NCBI GenBank assembly: GCA_964016885.1
Contig: OZ024746.1
Coordinates: 14,384,001-14,448,000 of the forward strand
DNA: 64,000 bases
Origin: Eledone cirrhosa
Taxonomy: Eukaryota
Direction of reading: 5' to 3'
Part shown: piece after piece, positions 1 through 14,346 of the stretch
How the letters are laid out: each line of letters begins with the position of its first letter
Position numbering within the stretch: position 1 is the first letter of the stretch
Made by a program: the position numbers and the translations under genes
Notes under the pieces: generated by a model
The model's database searches: none
What the model saw: the letters and a program-made list of their open reading frames with translations, nothing else
What the model was told of the DNA's origin: nothing

Positions 1-550
1 TTTTTCCGCTCAATTTTGTCAAATTGTAGTTACCACGAGAAAGTATTTGTATTTAAGACATAAATATATTTTTGCTGTTTAGCTTGTCATTTCAGAAATG
101 GTTTTCATCGTTTATATAACATGAATACTTTTTTGTTTTAGGTAAAAAGAAAAAGCGAAAAAAAAACACTTACCTAATTTGATTTATTGTTTATGGGAAA
201 AATCTATTCTGTATCAGCTTTTACCATAAAATGAAATGTTCAAGCTTCACAAATTCGAAACAAGATACTGGAAAATTGCTCCTCATTTGAAGTTTTTTTG
301 TTGTTGTTGTCTTAAATACATCATATTTGCGGCAATACTATGAAATTGCTTTACGCCTGACTATTTTTAACGTTCTGCTTTTAAAAATGCTCATATTGTT
401 CATAGGATTAACACTGGTAGTTATTGTTATCGTTTACTGTTTAAATTGTTTATTTTTCGTTTACTTTTCGTTTTGTTATTTACGAGTCAAGAAAGTTTGC
501 TCTTTTGAATCATTATTATTATTACTATTATCATTAACCTTAGTGGCATT

Positions 551-750
551 GAGTTACGACCCTTTATGTTCTGAGTTCAAATCCCGCTAAAGTTAGCTTT
601 GCCTTTCAACCTTACGGAGTCGATAAAATAAAGTACCAGTCACGCATTGGGGTCGATTTAATCGACTTTCCCCTTTCCTCAAATTACTGGCCTTGTGCCT
701 ATAGTAGAAATTATTATTATTATTATTATTATTAAACCATTATTATTATT
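551..750 (+). mobile_element. tRNA-derived SINE, 5'-truncated copy (older variant with extra internal segment)
   Basis: B-box GAGTTCAAATCC, central GCCTTTCAACCTTACGGAGTCGATAAAATAAAGTACC domain, GGCCTTGTGCCTATAGTAGAAA end and (ATT)n tail; homologous to ~9 other copies in the window. Confidence 0.85.
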
Positions 751-879
751 ATTATAAGCTTCTGAATTTTACTCACGTTTTCACTTGGCTCCGAAAGTAG
801 GTCGTATTTATTGATTATTTAACCCGTTTCTGGCTCCCAAAGTGCTCAAATTAAAGGAGCAATTCCCAGTAGAGAAAAT

Positions 880-1720
880 CAGTGGTCCGTAAAAAGAAAT
901 ATTTTTCTAGATGTAACACTGGAACTATATTCGGTCGTGTACCGACCATCCAACAAATTAAATGAAAGCCTTTGCTCTAACCACCTGGAATCTATTATAA
1001 AGTGTATTGTTAAGGGCGTATCCATGAGAATTTCTAGGCTATCAGCTAATGAAGCTATTTTTATGAAAAAACTGAATATTGTAATGAATCATTAAATAAA
1101 TTAAGATAAAAGGGGGAAATATATAATTTATCCCGAATGCAAGGGAGAAATCTGAGCTAGAAATAAACGGTAGAATGTATAATAATAGAATAAGGCATAA
1201 TTAGGATAAACTAAGATTAAACCAACACCACGTTATAATAACACTAAGAAGGTGGGTAGAACTGTGAAAGTATTGGTGAGAACGTGGAAGTTAATTCGGA
1301 AATTTCTAAACTAAATTATAAGCACAAAACTAAAAAACAGAACCGTAATAGTAATTATCTAATTGTCAATTGCGGCGTTGATGGAACTTTACGCGGCAAT
1401 GAGATACACCATGGAGATAACCTGCATGGAAGCCATAATGAAGCGAATGAATGTATTTGAAGAAGACGAAGAAGAAGAAGAAGAAGAAGAAGAAGAAGAA
1501 GAAGAAGAAGAAGAAGAAGAAGAAGAAGAAGAAGAAGAAGGGGGGCGGAGGGGGGGGGGGGATTACGTGGTTCAGTCCTCCATATGGAATACCAAAGATA
1601 TCTTCAGTAAACATTCTCCACCTCCCCTTATATATAGTAAACTATTTAATATGAACATAATTAAACTTTCATACTGTACCACTCCCAACCTAGAACACTA
1701 TGTAGCTTTTATGATCTATA
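880..1720 (+). pseudogene. Penelope-like (Naiad-type) RT C-terminus/linker relic, interrupted by (GAA)n
   Basis: Translated fragments FLDVTLEL..YRP, SNHLESIIKCIVKGVSMRISRLSANEAIF, ITWFSPPY and YSKLFNMNIIKLSYCTTPNL parallel the PLE at 52.8-54.4 kb (FLDITLDL, SNHPRSILK, VTWYNAPF, VKFSYSTTKNI). Confidence 0.75.
1459..1560. repeat. (GAA)n microsatellite followed by poly-G
   Basis: Directly visible. Confidence 0.98.
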
Positions 1721-2199
1721 GACGTATTAACAGAACCAATTCATTTAAAATCAATCAAATGGATTATAGACAGACAAACCAGACACACTAATGTAACACT
1801 AGAATAAATGAAAGTAATGATATTGATTAATATACAGCTCAATTATTAACAAATGAACAATTGATGTAAACAACAGATGCTTCTGTACCTGTGAAACTAA
1901 TTAACACTGCGTACAATTACTTGTGAAAGCTTTGAGAAGAATCTCAACTATCGGAACACATGTACTGAAACAGGTTTGGTGAACTGCAACTGCGGGCAAC
2001 TTCTGAATTATCCAACGAGGCTCAAGTGTTTAAGGGGAAACGTAGCATAAAAATAAATGGTTACAACATAGTTATATAAGAGCTATTGCTAACATTTTCA
2101 AGAAAAGGCTATGCGCATATTCATTCCTTTAAAAATGAAAATCTGAGCCAAAATATATATTTGGTAAATAGTTTTGGATACTGAAAACTAAAAATATTC

Positions 2200-2468
2200 A
2201 TTACCAGGTAGGGAAATTTGCATGTCTTCATGTCCTTTGCATTGCGGGCTGCAGTACTGGGGTTTGTAGCCGAAGCGACTAAATTGGAGGCAAAGAACGT
2301 GTCTCAGCATGTGGCGTCCCAGACGAGGGATTTACTTCCTTCGAATGGGAAGGGGATAATTCCGTTGGGGCGCTAGCCGTCTCTACGGTCGAGATCTGCT
2401 GGCTCCAGTTGTGATGGGAAGTCAGCTGCATCCAGGATCCTTCTCAATATGTCGTTGAGAGCGACATC
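2200..2468 (-). pseudogene. CRE-like non-LTR retrotransposon restriction-like endonuclease relic
   Basis: Minus-strand translation ALNDILRRILDAADFPSQLEPADLDRRDG*RPNG...SKSLVWDATC*DTF..SNLVAS..AAR matches the LEP..DGKRPDG..WDATC pattern of CRE-clade elements; in-frame stops. Confidence 0.75.
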
Positions 2469-5279
2469 TACTAACATTTGGTATCGAAATACATACAAAA
2501 TTACTTTTGCAATGCACGGACTGTGTTCGCTTTATTATCATTTATCATTTTCTTCTTCATTTTTTCCTCTAGGAGGTGTCTTCTTAAATGACTCAATTTC
2601 AGACGATTGTAACTTAAGCCTCGGAGGAAAACTTTATTACTAGAAATATTATCTAAATGAATATACTAAGGAAAATTCGAAATATACAGTGAAGGAATAT
2701 TATCTAGGCAATATCCATTTCTATACTCGAATATTTCAATGGCTTACCTTGCTATCCAAAATTCATACTTAAAAATAGCCCAGTAAACACATCATTGCTG
2801 AACTTGTAGAGTAGTAGAATGTAAACTTAATTATTCAACCTTATATAAAATATCGAACTTATTGACACTGGTCCGTATAGTAATAATCAATTTTTCAAAA
2901 CATTTCCTTTGAGCAATACAGAATATCACTTAAGGATCATTGAAAACTAAATATTCAATTATGTATTTCTATTTTTAATATTTGGATAATTTACAAAACT
3001 TAAGGGAAAATTGGAATTCTAAAATGTTAACCACAATGCCAACAACTATAAGCAAATTGTTGACAACTATAATACTAGTTCAACAAGTCGGGTAAAATAC
3101 ACCCTGAAGACGGGAAAAGTCGACAAAGACACCTGCGGAGGAAATTAGGATACAGTAAAGGTTTATCTAATGATTTTAGTATGGTGGTAAAGCATTATTT
3201 TCCAATGAGTCGGTGTATATTTGTGTGGATGGTTTGGGTACCACTCCAAATACGTTTACAGTACTCATCTGTCGAATTTCTTGGTGTAAATCGATCAACA
3301 ACTGATCATCTCTGAAGTATTTCTGTCGCTTTATCGTCAGGGTTTTAAATATTTTAACGACTTTGAAATTTATAATTATTAGTTTTTTCACCTTTATACA
3401 TAATTTTTTCGCGGATTAGTGTAGATATTGCTTCGCCTTATGTACTGTGGGCGAGGGATAGGTCAATGGATTCTAAACTGAAGCGTGTTTTCGACATCTC
3501 ACTTCATAGGAGACGTGCAAATCTAGTTCCAGTGTTTTAGCTATAGTGCACACAAAAAATAACCCATAAGACATTTACCAGTATATTTCATTAACCATTC
3601 TAAGAATTGAAAGGAGCTAATGCAAATCGTGCAATCGTTAAACAAATATTTGACTGACCCATATCTTTTACCTTAGAGTCCTTTGTTTAGCCAGATTGAT
3701 ACGTGGTCTATCGAAATTAAAGGAAAGACGGATATGTCTATCAAAGGAGTATACAAACCTAATGATTCTTATTAATATGATGCATCTATTTTAACAGCCA
3801 GTATTATCACTGTGCTTTTACATGGCGTTTGTTTGGAAATTGATTAATTTACACTAAATAACGGACAATACAGTTGATCTTATGAGATAACATTTTGAAA
3901 TAAAACTCACTATATCAACATTTACGATTACTGAATATTTTAACCACAAACAACTGAAGTCCATTTTTTCCAGGAACAAAAAGCCAATCAGCTTCTCAAT
4001 CGCAAATAAGTTTTATTGGTGTGAGGGTGAACTTCTGAAGTATTTCAATATATTTTTACAACATTGTAGATCAAATGAATATTTTTTATTTCAATATATG
4101 AAAGTCCATTTAAATCAAGTTGTATCAATAATTTACTATATTCATTCCATTGTCCTGTATATTATTTGTTTTTTATTGATACTATTCAACAGAATGAAAA
4201 AACTAGAGCTAATCATACAGACTTTTAAAATATCTGACTAAAACGTCTGGTCAGTGCCATATGAATCAAACAGGATACAGTCCAACAGGGGCCATATGGT
4301 GGATTCTGTTTATGGTGGAAGCCATTTTATTTGATTTTATAATCTTGGACAAACACAAGAACGTCCACCTCAAATATCTCTCCTCTAACCTTTATCACAA
4401 TAGCGAGAAACATATTATTCTATTAAATAGAAACATATATACTAGTCATAAAAATATGACTATAAAATATATTTGAAGAAATATTTCTCATTTATTTAAT
4501 AGGAAAGGTTAGTTTTTATTAGTTTTATTCATCAATATTTTGTTAATATCTTATTTATGATTATTTAATATTTAATTGGAAAAAGATTAATATCCAAATC
4601 TAGAGCTAGATTTGGTAATATAAAATGATATTTAATCTATTTTTTTCCTAAAATTTAAAGTTAACACTTCAACGTTTATTTTTCTATTTCAATGCTGGGA
4701 ATTTTGTCGACAGTGTCTTAATAACGGACCTATAATATTAAATTATTTTAGATTGTTCTATATATTTATATTCATGCATTATTGTATTTCTTCGGTCCGG
4801 TGTTAATATATATTCATGCAGATACAGTATTTAATATATATTAAGCATATTAAGAACCAACTTTGTGAAAAGGTATCGCTTCCTTCTTGCAGAAAAAACC
4901 AAATAGAATTATATTTATATTATCATATTACATTTTAGTAAAATTCCAATATATATGTATGTAAATATCTATAAATCAAAATGGATTCAGTAAAAACTGT
5001 TAGATCATTACTCACCAGAGTACTCGATACCTGGGGTACTAAAGTGTGGTAATATGAAAGAGTCGGGGTTCAGACTCCTTCGTATGCAAATATCTCTATA
5101 TATAAATATATATGTAAATATGTTTTGAAACAGTGAGCAGGTTTGAAATTAGAAAATAGAATAGCTTTCACCGTATTTTTTTACTAAAGAAATTTTAGTT
5201 TGATAATGGGGTTTAGAACCCTCAGATAATAAATGGAAAAAGATGAGTATTGACGTACATAAATATATATATATATGTG

Positions 5280-5373
<94 letters not shown>

Positions 5374-5535
5374 GATGTGTGGATGTGTGTGTGTGTGTGG
5401 ATGTGTGTATTTAGATGTGAAGGCGCCAGAGATTTATGAGCAAGACTATTTATTTCCCGCTTTGCGCATGGCATATATATATAGCAGCGAAACCTTATGC
5501 TAGTCCCGTTAACCTCTTATTATATATATATAATA

Positions 5536-5725
5536 AGGGCAGTGGATTGGCAGTATCGGTAGAGGGTCGGACGCCATGCTTTCCAGCATAGTTACGTCCC
5601 TTTACGATCTGAGTTCAAATCCCGCCGAGGTTGACTTTGCCTTTCATCCTTACGGGGTCGATAAAATAAAGTACCAGTAATGCACTGGGTAATTGCTGGC
5701 CTTGTGCCTAAAGTAGAAACAATTA
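5536..5725 (+). mobile_element. tRNA-derived SINE, full length
   Basis: A-box-like TGGCAGTATCGG, B-box GAGTTCAAATCC, conserved central domain; flanked by repeated TTATATATATATAATAAG. Confidence 0.9.
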
Positions 5726-5739
5726 TATATATATAATAA

Positions 5740-5898
5740 GGGCGGTGGATTGGTAGTATCGGTAGAGGGTCGGACGCCATGCTTTGAGTTCAAATCCCGC
5801 CGAGGTTAACTTTGCCTTTCATCCTTACGGGGTCGATAAAATAAAGTATCCATACACTGGATAATTGCTCGCCTTGTGCCAAAAAGTAGAAACAATTA
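5740..5898 (+). mobile_element. tRNA-derived SINE, tandem second copy with internal deletion
   Basis: Same head and tail as 5536-5725; lacks the segment between CCATGCTT and TGAGTTCAAA. Confidence 0.9.
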
Positions 5899-6007
5899 TA
5901 TATATATTTCCTGCTATATCAAGCGTTAACCTGATATATACCTTCCATATACTGTACCGATTGTGTTGTTATTTCTGTTTACCTTTTACATACATATATA
6001 ATATATA

Positions 6008-6059
<52 letters not shown>

Positions 6060-6142
6060 ACAGGGAGAAAGAGACGATTATGAGGAAGAAAAATATATTT
6101 TTTTCCTTTTTTGTTTCTCTCTCTATATATATATATGTATGT

Positions 6143-6297
6143 ATCCCGGATTCAATCGTGGGTTACCACAATAAGTAAGGTACTCAATACATAGTAGAGT
6201 ATATAATGTTTAATATAGAAATGGCTTCTACAGGACTAGAACTGATGATTTCCTTTGAATAAAACAGTTCTAGTCTTGTAGAAGCTATTTCTATATG
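6143..6297 (-). mobile_element. Short fold-back element in (TA)n (putative PLE pLTR derivative)
   Basis: Inverted repeat ATATAGAAATGGCTTCTACAGGACTAGAACTG / CAGTTCTAGTCTTGTAGAAGCTATTTCTATAT; the tail matches 30672-30763 in opposite orientation; carries the bulged stem-loop at 6181-6201. Confidence 0.7.
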
Positions 6298-7653
6298 AAA
6301 TAACCGTGAACACAAACAGCCAATCATACCATTTCCATATGAATGTCGGAATCATTGTGACTACTGATTCCTTTTCGATACATTGAATTCTTTTAATCTC
6401 TTAAATGAAATCAGTTATATGAGTATTTGTATTACTTGCAACTGTGTATCAATATTTGTGTACTTAATATATAGCTCTGCTAATTGTATGGAAACAGAGT
6501 TGATATTTGCCCGAAACACTATTACAATGTTTACGTGGTATGTCTTTTGTATTCTAATTCAATTGAAGATGAAACAGTATATATTTCCATTAAGTGAAAT
6601 AATTTATTACTTACTGTATTAGAGATAGCATAAAATGGCGGGGAAACCATTGAAATGAATATAAAAGCGATACCGATAGCGAACCCTCTATACAACACTT
6701 ATACTTTATATAAAAGTAAACATTAAACATTGTATTTCCTTTTCAAAATCTATTAGGAGTGGTGGTCCAACCAAATCGTCTAATATTAAACATTGATATT
6801 ATAAATGAACACCTTGGAAAAATTAACAAAATGCCTGTTTTCAGAATAATGGTCATTATGTGAGACATATTGAGATTGAAAGTGCAATAAAGAAATACGG
6901 CTTCTATGGCTATTTTCATAGACAATCATTGCTGTATAATAATGAACTAAAATTAATTTCAATAGAATGAGGTATCAAAAAGAATGAAGAATTAAATAAC
7001 TACGTCAATTGTTTACTAAACAATTGTGCAGTATTAGAAATTATTTTTGCACAAACAATATGCTGCTAAGTTCCCTAATTAAACAAGTAGTTGAATGCAC
7101 AGCTATTTAAATCAATAATTATTTGTGTTGTAATGTTATAATAAGGCACTATATTTCGATAACAGAAAGAGCTTGTGAACTTATGTCATTAAATCTGGCG
7201 ATATATATAAATATTTGAACGCCACAATGCACAATGGAAAAAGTCTGTTAATGTATTCAAAACACGCCCACACAGAAACCCACACGTATATACAAACATA
7301 ATATATACACATAGATACACACACAAAAATCAGGATATTAGTGGAAACTAGTTACTGTAGTATCGTTTTGTTACCTCCATTGTTCCAGTAATATTACGTG
7401 AAATATCTGGTGCACGTAAGCAATGGATACATTGCTAAATATTTGTAGAATATAGCCTATCAAATAAACTCTTGTTTGCTCTTGGTATTTTCAACTGCGG
7501 ATAGCTTAAAAGTTGAATAAACCCAGCAGAAATTGAAGTGAGATGAGACAAAATCCTATACTGTTCAAATTTTATTTCAGCATCACTCCACTTCTATAAC
7601 TTTAGCAACACACATTATTGCGCATCGTTGTGTACTGATATATATATATAAAT

Positions 7654-8252
<599 letters not shown>

Positions 8253-8543
8253 AAGAGAAGAGACAGATGGAGATAGAGATAGAGATCTATAGATAAGATG
8301 TTACTAGTTGATACTGATAGGACCATTATTACTTAGTATTCCATGCACAAGGAAAGTAGAATGTAAATATTATAGGATGTAAATATTATTGCCTGATGGT
8401 CAAACCGTTGCGGTTTATGCTAGACCATTGGGCTCCCAACTCTAATATGTGGCGACGCACATAAAAATCACCGGTAAAACACCTCTACTATATTCATTTT
8501 GTTGTAGGACTTGAGAAAAGGTACTCAATACGGAAGTAGAATT

Positions 8544-8596
<53 letters not shown>

Positions 8597-8636
8597 AGTG
8601 TGTGTGTAGGAAATAAATTTCAGGTATATATATATA

Positions 8637-8829
8637 TAGGAACGAGTAGGACCCCGACAGCTGAGCTCAAGCCGTTTCGACGGCTAATTCTGGAGTCCAG
8701 AATTAGCCGTCGAAACGGCTTGAGCTCAGCCGTCGGGGTCCTACTCGTTCCTATTACCCACTCTGCTACCCTAAGTATTGAGTACGTTGGTGTGTTATGG
8801 TCCACCTAGTTCCTTACCACATTTCCTTC

Positions 8830-8833
<4 letters not shown>
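8637..8833 (+). mobile_element. GC-rich palindromic element in (TA)n, family copy 1
   Basis: ~58-bp arms centred on AATTCTGGAGTCCAGAATT plus a ~80-bp tail; near-identical inverted copy at 59570-59763 and a diverged copy at 14660-14811. Confidence 0.85.
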
Positions 8834-8901
<68 letters not shown>

Positions 8902-10865
8902 TGTATAGGAAATATATTTGTGCATGTACAAAAAGTATAAGGCAACGGTTTGGTTGTGTTCGACGTATTCGGTTAAACTGTTTAACACTAATATTTAGTT
9001 AATACCAGTTGTGTTACCAAGTAAGATAAATCAATCCAATATGAGTAAACAACGAAGTTCTAGATAAATAGGTTAATAGCAAAACAAGGCTCGTTTGCTG
9101 ATATTCAATATCAGAAAATGTGACTTGTTTTATCCATCAATATTAGAATAAATTATATCATATCTAATTGTTGCGTGTAAAACATCTGCTGGAGAAGTCC
9201 AATTGTATATAGTGCGTTCTTGACGCGGCAGGAGTTGATTGGCTGTAGCACTAACATAGTGATTCATAACAGAGGTTATATGAAGACATATACGATATTT
9301 TTATTTATAATTAACATATATAAATCTCGTCATGACTATTTTAAACAGTGATCATGTCACAGCTCTCTCAGTAGTCATGTGAGAACTCTAGGACTTTTTA
9401 AACATATATGGCTTCATATTCCTCTTCAAATATTGTATGACTTATATCACAAGTGCATTCAAATTTAGTAGGAATACTCTACTATAAAGTCAGTGATATT
9501 AAAAATAATTTCTCAATAATTGCATCACGAGGATTAAAGAAGCCATTAGTCAGTTTACTAGGCACTCCTCTTTCTGGCAAGATAGCAGCAAAGCAAAGAA
9601 AATTTGGGGGCTTAGAATGCTCCTACTGCATATTACTTTGTAACGGGGCAATCCAGAATAAGCATACAGTGTTCAAGAGATTTTTTGAAAGCGAAGAAGA
9701 ATCACAGCCCGTATGTGTTTAGTCAGCCATTTTCGGGAAGTGCAGGTCAGAATGTATTTAAAATGTTTGTGTGTACGTTTGTGTTTGTGTTGATATAACG
9801 GACTAAATCAAGGCGTTGTTACAGCATCTAATGACTGAAACCAGTGAAAGTATAAAAGAATAGTCTATACATTGAAGTGCCTTTAAAAATTAAGTATGAG
9901 CTTACTGCAGAAATTAATCAAGATTGCTGTTAAGTCATATTATTGAGTTCAAAGTGATTGAGTACTAGTTAGAAGCTTAAACTTTCTATAAGCACGCACA
10001 AATGGACATTTCTACGAACATGCACAGACAAATATATCTATTTACATATATACGTTTCCTAACTCAAAAGAAAACACACTGGATTTCTGAAGTTAGAAAA
10101 CAGTGTGATCATCAAAGGCAGCTTCCAATTTATACTTCAAAAGAATACAAATATTATATTGTTATGAGCTGGAATTAAATGCTTATACATGTATTCAGAG
10201 TATATTAGATTTTTCTTGTGTTTCTACATAGGAATCATCGATCAATAACAAATAGTCGGTAGAGCGTAGTAAACTTAGTACGCATTATTCAACCAGTGAG
10301 CTGTATATGAATTAATAGCTAAAAGGTATTTTCTTTCAGAAATAAATATGTGTTGTTATAACCGCATTAAATATTGTCTTTATTGAAGATCAAGAGAAAT
10401 AAACCACTGAATCCCCATGAGTATTTCTCACAACTTTACATAATTGATATTTGTTTAACGAAATATTATGTATCAACTCCATTGATTTACTCGTTAAATC
10501 TAATATCATTGATGTAATGTTTAGACATATCTACACACATTATATAGTTTCATTAATTTCATACCATTACACAATTCATCGACGCTTGAAGCCAGCTACA
10601 ACATTGGATAGAAGCTTTCAAAAATGACTGCTAATATACAAATTGTCTTTTGAAGACTACAATTGCAACCACCACAATCGAAAGAATACATGGAATACAT
10701 GCTTTCAGATTCCTGTAGAAAGTTGCAGCTTCAATATTATAGTGAAGAAATGGTCTCGCTTTTATCCGGCTTCCTCAAATATATAGATGAAACCAATAAT
10801 GTTGCCTTATTTACTATTCTACATTAAACTCTACCGCATATCTTGAATACACTTCCTTAACTAAC

Positions 10866-10947
<82 letters not shown>

Positions 10948-10981
10948 GGGATAGATATATCACACTCACACACACACACAC

Positions 10982-11058
<77 letters not shown>

Positions 11059-11089
11059 TATATTAATATATTAATATATTAACTTAATA

Positions 11090-11288
11090 AAATATTTATT
11101 AAAATAACAGATTAAAGTTTAAGCAAAGAATCGCTGCTTTCACCCTTAACGGGATCTTCTGCGATTCTTTGCTTTAACTTTAATCTGTTATTTTAATAAA
11201 TATTTGCTCTACGGTTCTTATATATTTGATATATATTTATCCTTATCGAGCCCTCTTTAGATTTTAGTCTTCACATTTATTATTATTA
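11090..11288 (+). mobile_element. Fold-back element in (TA)n with decayed hammerhead in its spacer
   Basis: Arms 11090-11133 / 11161-11205; the spacer reads on minus CAGAAGA-tccc-gttaa-gggt-GAAA. Confidence 0.6.
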
Positions 11289-11329
11289 CTATATATATAT
11301 ATATATATATGTGTGTGTGCGTGTGTGTG

Positions 11330-11440
11330 TGTGGTGCAGTATGGTTGCTAGGATGCGTCCATAGGCGATATGCCGGTTGAGCACTCTATGCTCCTTCGGA
11401 GCAGAGTATGATAATATGGAAAACGAAGAATCAGTGATGA
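11330..11440 (-). mobile_element. Short dispersed repeat next to a dinucleotide tract (putative PLE 3' end)
   Basis: Homologous to 51371-51483 (ATGCGTCCRTAGGCGRTATGCCGGTTGAGCACTC); carries the bulged stem-loop. Confidence 0.7.
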
Positions 11441-11625
11441 GAGAGAGAGGGGAGAGAGAGGGGAGAGAATGGGGGAGAGAGAGGGGAGAGAGAGAGGTGA
11501 GAGAATGGGAGAGAGAGGGGAGAGAATGGGGGAGAGAGAGGGAGAGAGAGAGGGGAGAGAGGAGAGAGAGGGGGGGAGAGAGAGGGGAGATAGAGGGGAA
11601 AGAATGGGAGAGAGAGGGGGGGAGC
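11440..11625. repeat. GA-rich polypurine low-complexity tract
   Basis: Directly visible. Confidence 0.9.
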
Positions 11626-11904
11626 AGGGTGAAAATCATGAGAGAAAACCTGTATTGATATCCGATGCAGTTATTTTTATTTGTATATAAATTCAGCTAA
11701 TAAATATGTTAATTTATTTTCTATCTAAATTAACCTATTCAAAATATGCTAAAAATTATTTTTTACTATGTTTCATATTATATATGTAAAAATATACTCC
11801 TCGACATTCTTTGATATTGTATTATGAACAACTGAGATCCACGATGTTAGTTATATTATAACATATATATAAATATATATTCATGTAGTGGTCAAGAAAT
11901 AATT

Positions 11905-12065
11905 ATAATTGTTTCTACTTTTGGCACAAGGCCAGCAATTATCCCAGTGCATTACTGGTACTTTATTTTATCGAACCCCGTAAGGATGAAAGGCAAAGTT
12001 AACCTCGGCAGGATTTGAACTCAGAAAAAAGGGCCGTAACTCTATGCTGCAAAGCATGGCGTCCC
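11905..12065 (-). mobile_element. tRNA-derived SINE, 5'-truncated
   Basis: Reverse complement of the 5536-5725 family. Confidence 0.9.
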
Positions 12066-12230
12066 ACACTACTGATAGACACTTTGTTATATCTCAGTCG
12101 TCACGAAAGTTGTAAAGTGCACAGATATCTGTGAACCGGATGTGATAGTAACAATATGAAGAGTTCTCATACTGCAGAGAATGTCACATTTAGATACACA
12201 CATACACACATATACATATAGTATTTACAC

Positions 12231-12293
<63 letters not shown>

Positions 12294-12684
12294 AAATCAT
12301 TCTGTACGTAATAAGCTTGATATAATCATTTTATAATTTTACCTCACGCGTGCCTTTATTAATATTCTGTATATTTTGCTTCGTATATCCTTACTATTAC
12401 ACCTTTCAATGGTATGATATCTTTTTTCTGTAATATGTATTTGCTTGATATCTTTTTGCACCTGAATTACCTTCATGGATAACTTTCTATATAATATGTT
12501 CACTATTTTCACTTTATGTAATAACCTCTTCACAACAGCTCCTAATACTTTGATATCTGTATAATATAATATCATTTTGTCACTCTTGCTTTTCAATATG
12601 ATGTCACTGACACTGTCACTAGTAATGTATCTTAATAAATGTTCTGTGGACTAGGATTATAATTACTTGTTTAAACATTATGTA

Positions 12685-12731
12685 TGCTCCGATGAATCCA
12701 GACAGTTGTCTGGAAGACACGACCGTCAGCA
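12685..12731 (+). ncRNA. Type I hammerhead ribozyme, variant/degenerate core
   Basis: tgct-CCGATGA-a-tccagac/gtctgga-a-GACA-cgaccg-TC-agca; stems I and II pair, core has two deviations. Confidence 0.55.
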
Positions 12732-12870
12732 ATTAAATGTTTTAAGCAAAAATTTGATTGTTTTATATTACTGGTTTTATATTACTGGTAATTGGGTAGT
12801 GCTTAATACTACCCTTTCATATTTATAATTATATATAACTCTGTTATATAAGTATAAATAATATTATTAG

Positions 12871-12911
<41 letters not shown>

Positions 12912-13046
12912 AATCAGAGTTTTTCGAATATTAATAATAACATTCGATTCGTTTGCAATTATGCAAACAAACCTCAATTTTATAGCCATGTCTGTAGAAT
13001 GAACCCTTTATTCTTGATCGTGTGCTCTTGTGTTGGCATGTGAACA

Positions 13047-13096
13047 GAACTGCAGACACTAATGTTTCTGGGTATCACGCTTCATCAGTACAACTC
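13047..13096 (-). ncRNA. Type I hammerhead ribozyme (minimal)
   Basis: Minus: gagttgta-CTGATGA-agcgtgataccca-GAAA-cattagtg-TC-tgcagttc. Confidence 0.7.
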
Positions 13097-13188
13097 ACAG
13101 CTCACCTGCCAAACTGTCAGAGCTAACATATATTTTTTGAAAATAGCATATATTTTCACTAGCTCTGACAGTTTGGCAGGTGAACAGT

Positions 13189-13236
13189 GAGCTGTACTGA
13201 TGAAGGGTGATACCCAGAAACATTAGTCTGCAGTTC
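13189..13236 (+). ncRNA. Type I hammerhead ribozyme (minimal)
   Basis: gagctgta-CTGATGA-a-gggt/accc-a-GAAA-cattag-TC-tgcagttc; 8-bp stem I with G-U pairs, GUC cleavage triplet. Confidence 0.8.
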
Positions 13237-13340
13237 TGTTCACGTGCCAACACAAGAGCACACGATCAAGAATAAAGGGTTCATTCTACAGACATGGCTA
13301 TAAAATTGAGGCTTGTTTGCATAATTGCAAACGAATCGAA

Positions 13341-13510
13341 TCGGTAGAGGGTCGGACGCCATGCTTTCCAGCATAGTTACGTCCCTTTACGATCTGAGTT
13401 CAAATCCCGCTGAGGTTGACTTTGCCTTTCATCCTTACTGGGTCGATAAAATAAAGTACCAGTAATGCACTGGGTAATTGCTGGCCTTGTGCCTAAAGTA
13501 GAAACAATTA
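13341..13510 (+). mobile_element. tRNA-derived SINE inserted in palindrome arm
   Basis: Near-identical to 5536-5725, slightly 5'-truncated. Confidence 0.9.
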
Positions 13511-13584
13511 TTAATATTCGAAAAACTCAGATTACATTTATTGTATTCAGCCATGTATAGCGAAAATTTTCTTTTATATATATT

Positions 13585-13659
<75 letters not shown>

Positions 13660-14289
13660 AGAAGAAGAAGAAGAAGAAGAAGAAGAAGGAGGAGGAGGAG
13701 GAGGGTGGATTCTCGATTGTCGTTGAGGATTTAAGCATCTTCAGAAAGAATGTTATAATCAGGGAATTATTAAAGAAATATTTTACTATACACCAACATG
13801 TTAATATATTAATATTTATATATTCAGAAACATACAGAATTATAGAAAGTAAATAATTGTTATAGAATTATGACAACATATTTAAATAAATTACTAAAGA
13901 AATATAGAATTATTCCGTGGAAATTTATAGGTTTTGTTAACTGGAAGAAGAAAAACGTAAATAAAATTCTATGGTTTAAAATTTCCTAAAGATAAGGTAA
14001 CTGAGTTTGTTTTAAATACATTTGATTAGAAACTTGCTGGTGGTGGCAAAAAAAATTATAAAGTAAGCGAAATATGTACAAACAGAACTAACTTAATGTT
14101 CTTGCGAATCAAGAATAGGCATAGAACGTATGTGAAATAAAATAACGAATGGATTTAGAAAAACCAAAATGCTACACTACAATTAATTGATATTGAGAAA
14201 CTTTGTACATATACGTCTTACCAAAATAATTCAACGGCTAACTATCTATCTACCTATCTATCTCTTACTATATATATATATATACGAGC

Positions 14290-14345
<56 letters not shown>

Positions 14346-14346
<1 letters not shown>

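Larger units (their letters stand above)
12910..13535. mobile_element. ~215-bp-arm palindromic element with two inverted hammerheads; right arm split by a SINE
   Basis: 12910-13125 is the reverse complement of 13160-13340 plus 13508-13535. Confidence 0.85.

Noticed and set aside
3097-3345. CTGAAGA (3104, +) and CTGACGA (3334-3340, -) as hammerheads
   Set aside because: No convincing stems I and II
6242-6270. CTGATGA within a hairpin
   Set aside because: Lies on the antisense strand of the element and has no correctly placed GAAA or stem II
9453-9722. 89-aa ORF
   Set aside because: No recognisable domain; possibly a decayed LINE fragment but not assignable
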